A stretch of 64,000 nucleotides of DNA from Planctomycetota bacterium (GCA_046290465.1 JBKAGP010000001.1:160001-224000), one strand, 5' to 3'; shown: positions 49,613-59,646, counted from the first letter of the stretch. Numbers and translations are program-made. The notes: generated by a model not told the origin, from the letters alone.

Positions 49613-51790
49613 TTGACCCGCTTCGCACCGTTGTCCGACCCGTCCCCGTCCACCGCCCCGCAGGCCGTCTCCGGTCGCCCGACCAGGCTCGCCCTCGTCG
49701 GCAGCGGCTTCATCGCCGACGTGCACCTGCAGGTACTCAAGAGCGTCAAGAACGTGCGCGTCGTCGCGCTCTGTGACGTCGCCACCGAGCGCGCCCGGAA
49801 GCTCGCCGGCAAGTACGGGGTGCCGCAGACGTTCGCGTCGATCGACGAGATGGCGGCCGGCTGCGAGCTCGACGCGGTGCACCTGCTGGTGCCGCCCGGC
49901 CTGCACCAGGACCTCGCCGCCCAGTGCCTGCAGCACGGCTGGCACACGCTGGTCGAGAAGCCGCTGGTGCTGCGCAGCGCCGAGGTCGACCAGCTGCAGC
50001 AGCTGGCGCAGCGGCATGGCCGCGTGCTGGCCGTCAACCACAACCAGACCTTCCACCCGGCGATCCGGCGCCTCGAGCGCCACGTCGCGACCGGCCGGCT
50101 CGGCCGCCTCGAGCACCTGACGCTGCAGCACCACGTGCCGCTGCGGCAGCTGCAGACCGGCGACGTCGGCCACTTCATGTTCCAGACCGAGGCGAACATC
50201 GTCTGGGAACAGGGCGTGCACCTGTTCTCGATGGTCTACGGGCTGCTCGGCGCGTGCCGTGACGTGCAGGTCTTGACCGGCGACCGCCGCCGCCTGGCCA
50301 ACGGGGTGCAGTTCGTCGAGGAGTGGATCGCGCGGCTGACCTGCGAGCGCGGCACGGCGACCGTTCGCATGGCGTTCGGCAAGCCGTGGCTCGAGACCAC
50401 CGTGCAGGCGATCGGCTCCGACGGCGGCGCGCTGCTCGACCTTGCGCGCGGCAGCTGCTGGCTGCGCCGCAAGACCCGCTGGCTCGACTTCCTCGACGGC
50501 GCGCGCAACCTCGCCGCGGGCGGCCTGCACCTGACCGGCCGCGCGTTCGGCACGCTGTTCGGCTACGCGTTCGGGCTGTTCAAGGTCGCGTTCCCGGACG
50601 ACCCGTTCCTGCGCGGCATGCGCGGCACGCTGACGTCGTTCCACGGCGCGGTGCGCGGCGAGGCGTTGCCCGATGCGATGACCGCGGCGGGCGCCAAGGC
50701 CGTGCTCGAGATGTGCGAAGGGGTCGCGCGCGCCGGCGGCGTCCACCTCGATGCACCGCCCGCGCCGACGCCGCTGGCAGCGCCCGGCCCGGCGCGCCCC
50801 GGCGAGGTCGTCGTGCTCGGCGGCACCGGCCTGATCGGCCGTCGCTGCGTGCGGCGGCTGCGTCAGGACAAGCGGCCGGTGACGCTGTTGGTGCGCAAGC
50901 CGGACCTGCTGCCGGCGGAGCTGCGCGACGGTTCGGTGCGTGTGTTCGTCGGCGACGCCGCCGATCCCGCGGTGCTGGCCGAGGCCTTCGCCGGCGCCGA
51001 ACGGGTGCTGCACCTGGCGACCGCGGCGGGCACCGACCCCGCCCGGATCGAACAGGTCATGTCGGACGCGGTGCGCGTCGCGGGCGAAGCGGCCCGGGCG
51101 GCCGGCGTGCGGCGGTTCGTGTTCGCGAGCAGCACGGCGGCGCTGTGGCTCGGCGAGCACGGCAAGATCGACGGCATGTGCGGCACCGATCCGCGGCCGG
51201 AGCAGCGCGCCGGCTCTGCGCGCGGCAAGATCGCGAGCGAGCGTGTGCTGCACGAACTCGCCCAGCCGGGCGCGGACGGCAACGGCCTCGAGGTCACCGT
51301 GATCCGCCCGGCGATCGTCGTCGGCCACGACGGCATCTTCGAGCACTCGGGCATCGGCCTGTGGGTGCGCGACAACCAGTGCGTCGGCTGGGGGCTCGGC
51401 AAGCACCCGCTGCCGTTCGTGCTGGCCAGCGACTGCGCGCAGGCGTTCGTCGCCGCGCTCGACGCGCCCGACGCCGGCGGCAAGACCTACAACCTCGCCG
51501 GCGACGTGCGGCTGACGGCGCGCGACTACGTCGAGGCGATGGCGTCGCGCACCGGTCGCGACTACCACTTCCACCCGACGCCCCTGTGGTGGATGTGGGC
51601 GCAGGAGCTCGGCAAGTACGGGGTCAAGGTGCTGGCGCGCAAGCAGCGCGACTGGCCGGCCTACCGCGACTTCGCGTCGCGCTCGTTCACGACCGAACTG
51701 GACTGCTCCGACGCCAAGCGCGACCTCGGTTTCCAGCCCGAGTGCGACCGCGGCCGCTTCCTCAGCCGGATCTTCGACCACCGCGGATGA
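49613..51790 (+). CDS. Gfo/Idh/MocA oxidoreductase fused to an NAD-dependent epimerase/dehydratase (SDR)
   Basis: VGSGFIA, VEKP; second Rossmann motif LGGTGLIG, FVFASS, IRPAIVVG; TTG start uncertain. Confidence 0.85.
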   Translation: MTRFAPLSDPSPSTAPQAVSGRPTRLALVGSGFIADVHLQVLKSVKNVRVVALCDVATERARKLAGKYGVPQTFASIDEMAAGCELDAVHLLVPPGLHQDLAAQCLQHGWHTLVEKPLVLRSAEVDQLQQLAQRHGRVLAVNHNQTFHPAIRRLERHVATGRLGRLEHLTLQHHVPLRQLQTGDVGHFMFQTEANIVWEQGVHLFSMVYGLLGACRDVQVLTGDRRRLANGVQFVEEWIARLTCERGTATVRMAFGKPWLETTVQAIGSDGGALLDLARGSCWLRRKTRWLDFLDGARNLAAGGLHLTGRAFGTLFGYAFGLFKVAFPDDPFLRGMRGTLTSFHGAVRGEALPDAMTAAGAKAVLEMCEGVARAGGVHLDAPPAPTPLAAPGPARPGEVVVLGGTGLIGRRCVRRLRQDKRPVTLLVRKPDLLPAELRDGSVRVFVGDAADPAVLAEAFAGAERVLHLATAAGTDPARIEQVMSDAVRVAGEAARAAGVRRFVFASSTAALWLGEHGKIDGMCGTDPRPEQRAGSARGKIASERVLHELAQPGADGNGLEVTVIRPAIVVGHDGIFEHSGIGLWVRDNQCVGWGLGKHPLPFVLASDCAQAFVAALDAPDAGGKTYNLAGDVRLTARDYVEAMASRTGRDYHFHPTPLWWMWAQELGKYGVKVLARKQRDWPAYRDFASRSFTTELDCSDAKRDLGFQPECDRGRFLSRIFDHRG

Positions 51791-52851
51791 GCGCACGGCG
51801 GCGCTTCGTGCACGTCTTCGCGACGTTCGGGCGAGGCGGGCCACAGGTGCGCGCGGTGCAGCTGATGCAGCACCTCGGCGACGAGGTCGAACACGTCGTG
51901 CAGGCGATGGACGGCAACACCGACGCGCGCGAACTGCTGCCGGCCGCCTCGTCGGTGACGTTCGCGGCGCCGCCGCCGCGCGGCTCGTTCTTCGCGACCC
52001 GCAAGGTGCAGGCGGCCTGGCTCGGCGCACAGCGGCCCGACCTGGTGCTGACCTACAACTGGGGTGCGATCGAGTCGGTGGCGGCGGCCCGCCGGTCGCG
52101 GCTGCCGCTGGTGCACCACGAGGACGGCTTCGGCCCCGAGGAGGTCGAACGGCGGCTGCGTCGGCGCAACTGGATGCGCCGCTGGCTGCTGCGGTCGGTG
52201 CCGGTGGTCGTGCCGTCCACCGGCCTGCAGCAGATCGCGCGTCGGGAGTGGGGCGTGACGGCGCAACACCTCGTCAACGGGGTCGATCTGGAACGCTTCG
52301 CACCGGCGCCGGAGGAGCGGCAACCGCTGGTGGTCGGCACCGTCGGCGGCCTGCGGCCCGAGAAGGACTACGCGGTGCTGCTGCAGGCCGTCGCGAGCAT
52401 GCAGCGTGAGGTCCGGCTGGTGCTGGTCGGCGGTGGCGCGCTCGAGGCGCAGCTGCGCGCCGAGGCCGAGCGGCTGTCGCTGGCCGAGCGGGTGGAGTTC
52501 TGCGGCTTCACCAACGACACCGCGCCGCACTACCGCACGTTCTCGGTGTTCGCGATGTCGTCGCGGACCGAGCAGATGCCGATCGCGCTGGTCGAGGCGA
52601 TGGCCAGCGGCCTGCCGGTCGCGGCCACCGATGTCGGCGACATCCGCGCCGTCGTCTCCGAACCCAACCAGGACCTGATCGTGCCGCCGCGCGACCCGCG
52701 GGCGCTGGCGATGGCGCTGGACCGGCTGGGTGCCGACCGCGAGCTGCGCGCGCGGCTGGGCGCCGCCAACCGGGCCGTGGCCGAACGGCGCTACGAGGCG
52801 GTCCGGTGCCTGCAACGGTTCTGCGACGTCTACCGTGCGGCGATGCGCTGA
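51787..52851 (+). CDS. Glycosyltransferase family 4
   Basis: NGVDLERF, LRPEKD, EQMPIALVEAMASGLPVAATDVG; ATGA coupling. Confidence 0.92.
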   Translation: MSARRRFVHVFATFGRGGPQVRAVQLMQHLGDEVEHVVQAMDGNTDARELLPAASSVTFAAPPPRGSFFATRKVQAAWLGAQRPDLVLTYNWGAIESVAAARRSRLPLVHHEDGFGPEEVERRLRRRNWMRRWLLRSVPVVVPSTGLQQIARREWGVTAQHLVNGVDLERFAPAPEERQPLVVGTVGGLRPEKDYAVLLQAVASMQREVRLVLVGGGALEAQLRAEAERLSLAERVEFCGFTNDTAPHYRTFSVFAMSSRTEQMPIALVEAMASGLPVAATDVGDIRAVVSEPNQDLIVPPRDPRALAMALDRLGADRELRARLGAANRAVAERRYEAVRCLQRFCDVYRAAMR

Positions 52852-52911
52852 CGCGCGCGTGCGGCAGTTCGGCATTGACGCACCGGCCGCTGCGCCCGCA
52901 AGATCGGCGGT

Positions 52912-53874
52912 GTGACCTCGTCGTCCGAGAACGTCCAGCCGCTGCGCCAGAAGGTGCACGGCCCGCAGCGCACGTGGATGAAGCGGCTGCTCGGGCAGTT
53001 CCATGTGACCGGCACGTTCTGGTACCGATGGCACTACTGGGCCACGTGGTATCCCAACTGGTTCATCACGGCGATGGTCTGGCTGCACACCTGGTTCTTC
53101 TGGGCGGTGCTGTTCCAGATCCGCGCGGCGGTGCAGAGCAACCTCGACGTCGCGATCGGCAGGTGCGGGTGGTTCGAGCGGCAGCGACGGGTCTGGCGCA
53201 CCTTCCACGAGTTCGCCTGGTGCCACACCGAACGTTACGAGCAGTTCCGGCCGCACAAGCGGTTCACGTTCGACTTCGCCGGCGACGACACCTACGAGGT
53301 CATGAAGCAGACCCGGCGCGGCTTCGTGTTCTTCACCGCGCACTTCGGCAACTGGGAGATGGGGCCGCTGACCGACGCGCTGCCCGGCGGGCGCAAGTTC
53401 CACGTCGTGCGCGAACCCGAGATGAGCGCGGGGGCGCAGGCGTTCGTGCAGGAGCTGTTCGACAAGCACCCGCAGCGGGACCAGTTCGTGGTGCACTACG
53501 CCGGCGCGGACATGGCGCTCGGCGCCAAGCTGCTGATGGCGCTGCGCAAGGGCGACGTCGTCGGCATGCCCGGCGACCGGCCGCGCACCGGCATGGAGAC
53601 GATCACGGCCGAGATGTTCGGGCGGCCGATGCCGCTGCCGCCGGGCCCGGTCGCGCTGGCGCGCGCGGCCAATGCGCTGATGGTGCCGGTGTTCGTGTTC
53701 CGCGAAGGTCGCCGCCACTACCGCGTCGAGCTGTGGGATCCGATCGAGGTCGGCCAGAGCGACGACAAGGACGCCGACGTGCGCGCGGGCGTCGACGCGA
53801 TGGCCAAGGCGTGCGAGCAGGCGATCCGGCGACGGCCGCACCACTGGTTCTGCTGGCGCAAGCTGTGGCCGTAG
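52912..53874 (+). CDS. Lipid A lauroyltransferase-like (LpxL/LPLAT family) acyltransferase
   Basis: TAHFGNWE, GMPGDR, terminal PHHWF. Confidence 0.85.
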   Translation: MTSSSENVQPLRQKVHGPQRTWMKRLLGQFHVTGTFWYRWHYWATWYPNWFITAMVWLHTWFFWAVLFQIRAAVQSNLDVAIGRCGWFERQRRVWRTFHEFAWCHTERYEQFRPHKRFTFDFAGDDTYEVMKQTRRGFVFFTAHFGNWEMGPLTDALPGGRKFHVVREPEMSAGAQAFVQELFDKHPQRDQFVVHYAGADMALGAKLLMALRKGDVVGMPGDRPRTGMETITAEMFGRPMPLPPGPVALARAANALMVPVFVFREGRRHYRVELWDPIEVGQSDDKDADVRAGVDAMAKACEQAIRRRPHHWFCWRKLWP

Positions 53875-53886
53875 CGGCCGCCGACC

Positions 53887-54276
53887 TCAGCGCGCCGCGG
53901 CCTGCAGGCGCGCGCCCATGCGCTCGGCGCGCTGCAGGATCGAGTCGGCGAGCGGTTGCGACAGGCACTGCTCGGCGACCTCACGGAACAGCGACAGCCA
54001 GCGCGTGAAGTGGGCCGGGGTGACGCCGGGCAGGCCCTGGTGGGCGAGCATCGGGTTGCCGGTGTAGCGATCGGTGCCGCGCAGGATCGTCGACCAGAAG
54101 CGCACCATCTTGTCGAGGTGGGCGGGCCAGGCGTCGGCGTCGATGCGCGACGCGAACACCGGCCCGAGCAGCGGCTCGTCGCGGATCCGGTCGTAGAAGC
54201 GGTGGACGAGGGTCTCGATCTGTTCGTCCTGCAGCGCGATCTGCAGCTCGAGCACGTTGAGGATGCGGCGGGTCAT
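53887..54276 (-). CDS. Group III truncated haemoglobin
   Basis: LVHRFYDRIR...LGPVF, WPAHLDKMVRFW, YTGNPMLAH, HFTRWLSLF. Confidence 0.9.
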   Translation of the reverse strand: MTRRILNVLELQIALQDEQIETLVHRFYDRIRDEPLLGPVFASRIDADAWPAHLDKMVRFWSTILRGTDRYTGNPMLAHQGLPGVTPAHFTRWLSLFREVAEQCLSQPLADSILQRAERMGARLQAAAR

Positions 54277-54284
54277 GCGATATA

Positions 54285-54303
54285 CTGGTATCCAGGATAC
54301 CAG
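54285..54303. promoter_or_regulatory. Putative Rrf2/NsrR operator (perfect inverted repeat)
   Basis: CTGGTATCC-A-GGATACCAG in the 38-bp gap between the divergent trHb and Rrf2 genes. Confidence 0.7.
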
Positions 54304-54314
54304 AAACAACACGC

Positions 54315-54740
54315 ATGCAGCTCAGCAAGTTCAGCGACTACTCGCTGCGGGTCCTGATGTACGTCGGCCTGCGCGGCGAGCAGGCTTCGCCGGTCCGAGA
54401 GATCGCCGGCGCGTTCGACGTGTCGACGCACCACTTGACCAAGGTCGCCCACAAGCTGGTCGAACTCGGCCTGCTGCAGGCCCGGCGCGGCCGCGGCGGT
54501 GGCCTGGTGCTCGCGGTGCCGGCCGAGCAGATCGTGGTCGGCGAGGTCGTGCGCGCGACCGAGAACCTCGACCTGGTCGAGTGCATGGCGGACGGCGGCG
54601 CGTGTGTGCTGGCCGGCGGCTGCCGGCTGCAGCGGGCCTTGGCGCGCGCCCGCGACGCGTTCCTCGCCGAGCTCGACCTGGTCGGGCTCGACGAACTGCT
54701 GGCCCCGCGGCGCGCGCTGCGCAGCCGGCTGCAGCTGTAG
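54315..54740 (+). CDS. nsrR: Rrf2-family regulator, NsrR-like
   Basis: MQLSKFSDYSLRVLMY, HHLTKV, RGRGGG, three Cys (EC..C.....C); divergent from a haemoglobin. Confidence 0.75.
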   Translation: MQLSKFSDYSLRVLMYVGLRGEQASPVREIAGAFDVSTHHLTKVAHKLVELGLLQARRGRGGGLVLAVPAEQIVVGEVVRATENLDLVECMADGGACVLAGGCRLQRALARARDAFLAELDLVGLDELLAPRRALRSRLQL

Positions 54741-54749
54741 GGCGAACGG

Positions 54750-56591
54750 CTAGAAGCTGGTGCGGTGCAGGTCCCACATGTTGCCCTGCCACGGCTCCCA
54801 GTTGCGCGTCCACTCGCCGACCGTCTCGATCTGCATGTAGCGGTCCATGTAGTCGAAGTAGGCCGGATGTGCCCAGGCGCCGTCGAGGTTCATGATGTGC
54901 GCGGCGAGCGTCTGGCCGACCCAGGCGTTGGCGGTGCAGCAGCGGCGGTAGGGATCGCCTTCCCACAGCACGTTGTCGTTGGACGGATACTGCGTATGGC
55001 TGTTGCCCCACTCGGGCATGCCGTCGTGGCTGCTGTCGTAGCCGCCGTGGCCCCAGTTGTAGACGCCGGGCGCGGTCTGCTCGACATAGAACGTCTGGCA
55101 GTCCTCGCCGAACTGCGAGGCGTTGTTGGGATGGCCCGATCCGTAGTAGCCAGAAGGATGGCTGGTGCCGATGGCCAGCATCGGCGCGTCGTTGAGCACC
55201 CGGCCGGCGAACAGGATCGGGAACTTGCGGCCGCTGCACTGGCCGCCGACGCCGCTCCAGTAGCCGCCGTTCTGCACGTTGCCCCAGAAGTCGATGCCGA
55301 TCTGCGTCATGCGCACCAGCAGGTCGCGCTTCTGCGAGTTGGGCAGGTCGAGCTGCAGCATCAGCGCGCCGGTGCCGAACAGCGACGTGAAGTCGCGGCC
55401 GTAGTCCGGCATGTTGTCGATCGGGTGCAGGTAGCGCGAGGTCCAGCTGGCGCAGTGGTCGAGCCAGACGCGCTCGAACCTGGCCGCGGTCTCGGCGAGG
55501 TCCGGCTGCTGCGCCGCCGACACCAGGCTGCCCAGCGCGTTGTAGTCGAGGTCCGACTCGTTGTGCCGGATGGTCTTGTCGGAGCCCGAATAGGGCGGGC
55601 GGAACGAGCCGGCGGGCGCGTCCGCGGCCAGCACGGTCAGCACGACCGCGGTCTGCAGCTGCGAGAACGAGCCGTTCGCCGGCGGGTTGCTGTCGGTCCA
55701 GCTGATGCTCGAGATCAGGCTGTTGCCGGCGCCGAGCACCAGCGGCGACGACGGCGACACACCCCACGCGACGTTGCGCGACGGCTGGTAGCGCGAGCCG
55801 GCATACGGGCCGTAGAGCGTCGAGTCGTAGCCGTGCAGGCCCTGGTCGATCGCAGTCGCGTCGGGGTTGAGCATCGAGCCGTTGATGACGCGGCCGGCGA
55901 CTTCCTGGGTCTGCGGCGAGATCGAGACGATCTCGACGGGGCCCTTGACCCACCAGTCGCCGTTGGCGAACTGGCCGACGCTCTCGGGCTCGGAGAACTG
56001 CCAGGTGACGCCATGATGGGTGATCGACGAGGCCAGCGTGCTGCTGCTGCCGCCGCCGCCGCCACCGCTGCCGCCGCTGCCGCCACCGCTGCCGCCGCTG
56101 CCGCCACCGCTGCCGCCACCGCTGCCGCCACTGCTGCCGCCACTACCGCCGCTGCTCTCGACCGTGACCCCGTCCGAGGTCACCACGACCGAGACGTTGC
56201 CGGCCGCGTCACAGGCGCGCACCGAGCAGAAGTAGGTGGTCGCGACCTGCAGTTGCACGGTCTCATTGCTGGCGCCGATCGCGGCGCCGACGTCGGTCCA
56301 GACCTGCACCTCCTCGCCGCCGGGCGTCGTGCCGATCGCCCATTCGTAGGACGTCACCGGGCCCTGGTCGTCGATGAAGTCGACCCAGTTGGCGGTGATC
56401 GTGGTGGTCGACTCCTGGGTGTCGATGTCGTCGTCGGGGCCGTCGAAGACCTGGCCGGCCTGCGGCGGGATCGTGTCGGTGACCGAGCCGGCGCTCTCGC
56501 CGCCGCCGGAGCCGCAGGCGGCCAGCGCCAGCAGCGCGGCCGTGGCAGAAGCGGGAGCGAGGAGGCGGCCGTTGGGATGATGATCGCACAT
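54750..56591 (-). CDS. Lipoprotein: FN3/Ig-like domain, Gly/Ser linker and uncharacterised ~430-aa C-terminal domain
   Basis: Lipobox LAAC; YEWAIGTTPG..SVRACDAAGN; GGS-repeat linker at about 56041-56157. Confidence 0.75.
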   Translation of the reverse strand: MCDHHPNGRLLAPASATAALLALAACGSGGGESAGSVTDTIPPQAGQVFDGPDDDIDTQESTTTITANWVDFIDDQGPVTSYEWAIGTTPGGEEVQVWTDVGAAIGASNETVQLQVATTYFCSVRACDAAGNVSVVVTSDGVTVESSGGSGGSSGGSGGGSGGGSGGSGGGSGGSGGGGGGSSSTLASSITHHGVTWQFSEPESVGQFANGDWWVKGPVEIVSISPQTQEVAGRVINGSMLNPDATAIDQGLHGYDSTLYGPYAGSRYQPSRNVAWGVSPSSPLVLGAGNSLISSISWTDSNPPANGSFSQLQTAVVLTVLAADAPAGSFRPPYSGSDKTIRHNESDLDYNALGSLVSAAQQPDLAETAARFERVWLDHCASWTSRYLHPIDNMPDYGRDFTSLFGTGALMLQLDLPNSQKRDLLVRMTQIGIDFWGNVQNGGYWSGVGGQCSGRKFPILFAGRVLNDAPMLAIGTSHPSGYYGSGHPNNASQFGEDCQTFYVEQTAPGVYNWGHGGYDSSHDGMPEWGNSHTQYPSNDNVLWEGDPYRRCCTANAWVGQTLAAHIMNLDGAWAHPAYFDYMDRYMQIETVGEWTRNWEPWQGNMWDLHRTSF

Positions 56592-56769
56592 GGGTGAACC
56601 TTTTGCCGGTATCGGCATCGAGGCTGCGCTTCCGACGTTTCGGTCCCGCGCCGGGACGGCCGGCCGGTCCAGGTGTGGGACCGCTGGTCGGGTCCGCCGG
56701 AATGCCGCGGTGCGATGGGGGTTCCGGTTGGCCCGCGGGGCGCCGGGTCGCTATCCTGCCCGCCCCGCC

Positions 56770-58482
56770 ATGTCGCTGAACGACCTCGAAATCGCACGTT
56801 CCATCCCGCTTCGTCCGCTGTCCGAGGTCGCTCGGGTCATGGGCCTGACGGCCGACGACCTCGAGCCCTACGGCCACAGCAAGGCGAAGGTCAAGCTCGA
56901 CCGACTCAAGGAGCCGGCCCAGAAGCAGGGCAAGTACATCGTCGTCACGGCGATCACGCCGACGCCGCTGGGCGAGGGCAAGACGGTGCACACCGTCGGC
57001 ATCAGCCAGGCGCTCAACCGGATCGGCAAGGGCACCTGCTGCGTGATCCGTCAGCCGTCGATGGGGCCGGTGTTCGGCATCAAGGGCGGTGCTGCGGGCG
57101 GTGGCTACAGCCAGGTCGTGCCGCCCGAAGAAATGAACCTGCACCTGACCGGCGACTTCCACGCGGTCACCTCGGCGCACAACCTGTGCGCGGCGTTCCT
57201 CGACGCGCACCTGTTCCACGGCAACGAGAAGAACATCGACCCGGAGCAGATCACGTGGCGGCGGGTGATGGACATGAACGACCGTGCGCTGCGTGAGATC
57301 GAGGTCGCGCGCGGCGGCCCGAGAGAGGATGGCAAGCCGGGGAACGGCACGCCGCGCGTCACCGGCTTCGACATCACGTCGGCGTCGGAGATCATGGCGG
57401 TGCTCGGCCTCGCCAAGGACATCCACGACCTGCGCAAGCGCCTCGGCGAGATGGTGGTCGGCTACGACACCGACGGCAAGCCGGTGACCGCCGAGCACAT
57501 CAAGGCGGCGGGCGCGATGACCGCGATCCTCAAGGACGCGCTCAAGCCGACGCTGATGCAGACCCTCGAAGGCACGCCGGCGCTGGTGCACACCGGGCCG
57601 TTTGCCAACATCGCGCACGGCAACAGTTCGATCGTCGCCGACTACGTCGCGCTGCGTTCGGCCGACTACGTGGTCACCGAGGCCGGCTTCGGCGCCGACA
57701 TGGGCGCCGAGAAGTTCTTCGACATCAAGTGCCGCGCGTCGGGCCTCAAGCCGGACGCGGCGCTGCTGGTCGCGACGGTGCGCGCGCTGAAGACGCACAG
57801 CGGCCAGTTCGAGATCAAGCCCGGCAAGCCGCTGCCCGAGGGCCTGTCGCAGGAGAACCTCGAGGCGCTCGAGCAGGGCATCGGCAACCTCGAGAAGCAG
57901 ATCGAGAACGTGCGCCAGTTCGGCGTGCCGGTCGTGGTCGCGATCAACAAGTTCCCGACCGACAGCGAGGCGGAGATCGCGTTCGTCAAGGAGCGCGCGC
58001 TCGCTGCGGGCGCCTCGGACGCGCACATCTCGACGCTGTTCGCCGACGGCGGCAAGGGCGGCGAGGACCTGGCGCATGCGCTGGTCAAGGCGTGCGAGGA
58101 GCCGAGCACGTTCCAGCTGCTCTACAAGGACGAGGACAGCCTGAAGCAGAAGATCGAGACGATCGCGACCAAGATCTACGGCGCCGACGGCGTCGACTAC
58201 GAGCCGGAGGCCGACCAGCAGCTGGCCAAGTTCGAGGAGGCCGGCTTCGGCCGACTGCCGATCTGCATGGCCAAGACGCAGTACTCGCTGAGCCACGACC
58301 CGGCGCTGAAGGGCCGCCCGACCGGCTTCCGCTTCAAGGTGCGCGACGCCCGCGTCGCCGTTGGCGCCGGCTTCGTCTACCCGCTCGCCGGCGCCATCAT
58401 GACGATGCCGGGCCTGGGCAAGGCGCCAGCCGGCCACAACATGGACATCGACGACAACGGCAACGTCATCGGCATGATGTAA
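56770..58482 (+). CDS. fhs: Formate--tetrahydrofolate ligase
   Basis: TAITPTPLGEGKT, FGIKGGAAGGGYSQV, GPFANIAHG, EAGFGADMGAEKF, CMAKTQYSLS. Confidence 0.97.
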   Translation: MSLNDLEIARSIPLRPLSEVARVMGLTADDLEPYGHSKAKVKLDRLKEPAQKQGKYIVVTAITPTPLGEGKTVHTVGISQALNRIGKGTCCVIRQPSMGPVFGIKGGAAGGGYSQVVPPEEMNLHLTGDFHAVTSAHNLCAAFLDAHLFHGNEKNIDPEQITWRRVMDMNDRALREIEVARGGPREDGKPGNGTPRVTGFDITSASEIMAVLGLAKDIHDLRKRLGEMVVGYDTDGKPVTAEHIKAAGAMTAILKDALKPTLMQTLEGTPALVHTGPFANIAHGNSSIVADYVALRSADYVVTEAGFGADMGAEKFFDIKCRASGLKPDAALLVATVRALKTHSGQFEIKPGKPLPEGLSQENLEALEQGIGNLEKQIENVRQFGVPVVVAINKFPTDSEAEIAFVKERALAAGASDAHISTLFADGGKGGEDLAHALVKACEEPSTFQLLYKDEDSLKQKIETIATKIYGADGVDYEPEADQQLAKFEEAGFGRLPICMAKTQYSLSHDPALKGRPTGFRFKVRDARVAVGAGFVYPLAGAIMTMPGLGKAPAGHNMDIDDNGNVIGMM

Positions 58483-58484
58483 CC

Positions 58485-58572
58485 ACCACCGCATACCGAA
58501 CCCGGTTCATCCTGCGCCACCGGGGCCACATACCGAACCGGGCCGCATACCGAACCGGGTTCATCCTGCGCC
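58485..58572. repeat. Left inverted-repeat/REP cluster of the RAYT element
   Basis: ACCACCGCATACCGAACCCGGTTCATCCTGCGCCAC (58485-58520), a partial copy and a second full copy (58543-58572). Confidence 0.92.
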
Positions 58573-59646
58573 GGTAGCCAGCCGTTCGTGGTCGCCGCGG
58601 GCCGCCGCCGGACGCAGATCGGCGTCGCTGCCCGCCGAACGAGCGAACGTTCCGAACGTGCGCCGCATCGCCTCGCTGCCCAGGTGGCCGAGTTGCGCGG
58701 CGAACGCGCCATCGGTCGCAATCGCCTGACGCCCGCGCAACAGCAGGTTGCACACCGCGTCGCGACCGACGTGAAGCCGCGCGGCGATCGCGTGCTGGGT
58801 CAATCCGCACAACTCGGCGAGCAGCACGACGCGTGCCGCGCGGGGCCATGGCGTCCGCGCGGCCGCGGCGGGCATGCCCAGGGGCGGCCGGATGTCGGCG
58901 GCGGCGACGACCGCGTCGATCGAAGTCGGCGCCACCAGCACGACGCCCGGAGTCGTGCCGTCGGCCAGCAGCGCCTTGCGCCGCAACCAGTTGGCCATCG
59001 CGATCGGCTGGTCGTGTAGCAGGTCGTCACGCGTCGGGTCGGGACCGCGACCACTCTGCACGCGCAGTTCGACCAGTTCGCGTTGCGCCTCGGTGTAGCC
59101 GCGCCGGAACACGTCGACGTAGCGCGCCCCGTCGAACGTGCGCGCGCCCGTCATCGCCAGCACCTCCGCGCGGACCATGTCGCGCGACAGCCACGCCGGT
59201 CCTTGGCCCAGCACGTAGGCGCGACAGCTGCCGAACGGGTATTCGTCCGGTCGCCTGGCGAGACCAGCGGCCACCGGATTGGCGTCGATGTAGCCGACCA
59301 GCACGCGCCGATACGTCGGCGTGTCGACCAGTAGCGATCGGTAGCGCCCGCGCACCAACGGCCCGTCGCGCTTGCGCGTTCGGTTGAAGTAGCGCGAGTA
59401 GTTGAGCTGCACGTGGTGCAGCGCGCGCGGCATCTCACCAGCCGGGCTGCGCACCAGCAGGTGGAAGTGCGTCGTCAGCACCGCGTAGCTGTGGATCTCG
59501 AGCCAGCCGTTCGCGACGGTCTCGCCGAGGCGATCGAGGAAGAACTCGATGTCGGCGCGGTTCTCGAACATAGTCCGCCTGGCAATCGCGCGGTTGAAGA
59601 GATGGAACCAGTCGCCGGGGCGGTCGCGTCGTGTGGTGTGGGGCAT
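58561..59646 (-). CDS. Y1 HUH transposase, RAYT/TnpA(REP)-like, with C-terminal HTH-like extension
   Basis: WFHLFNRA, YAVLTTHFHLL (HUH), YFNR..RDGPLVRGRY, YIDANPVAAGL (catalytic Tyr); stop codon lies inside a repeat copy. Confidence 0.9.
   Translation of the reverse strand: MPHTTRRDRPGDWFHLFNRAIARRTMFENRADIEFFLDRLGETVANGWLEIHSYAVLTTHFHLLVRSPAGEMPRALHHVQLNYSRYFNRTRKRDGPLVRGRYRSLLVDTPTYRRVLVGYIDANPVAAGLARRPDEYPFGSCRAYVLGQGPAWLSRDMVRAEVLAMTGARTFDGARYVDVFRRGYTEAQRELVELRVQSGRGPDPTRDDLLHDQPIAMANWLRRKALLADGTTPGVVLVAPTSIDAVVAAADIRPPLGMPAAAARTPWPRAARVVLLAELCGLTQHAIAARLHVGRDAVCNLLLRGRQAIATDGAFAAQLGHLGSEAMRRTFGTFARSAGSDADLRPAAARGDHERLATGAG

Noticed and set aside
56041..56157. GCC/GCT-rich repeat as a non-coding or contingency repeat
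   Set aside because: In-frame Gly/Ser linker with unit lengths that are multiples of three
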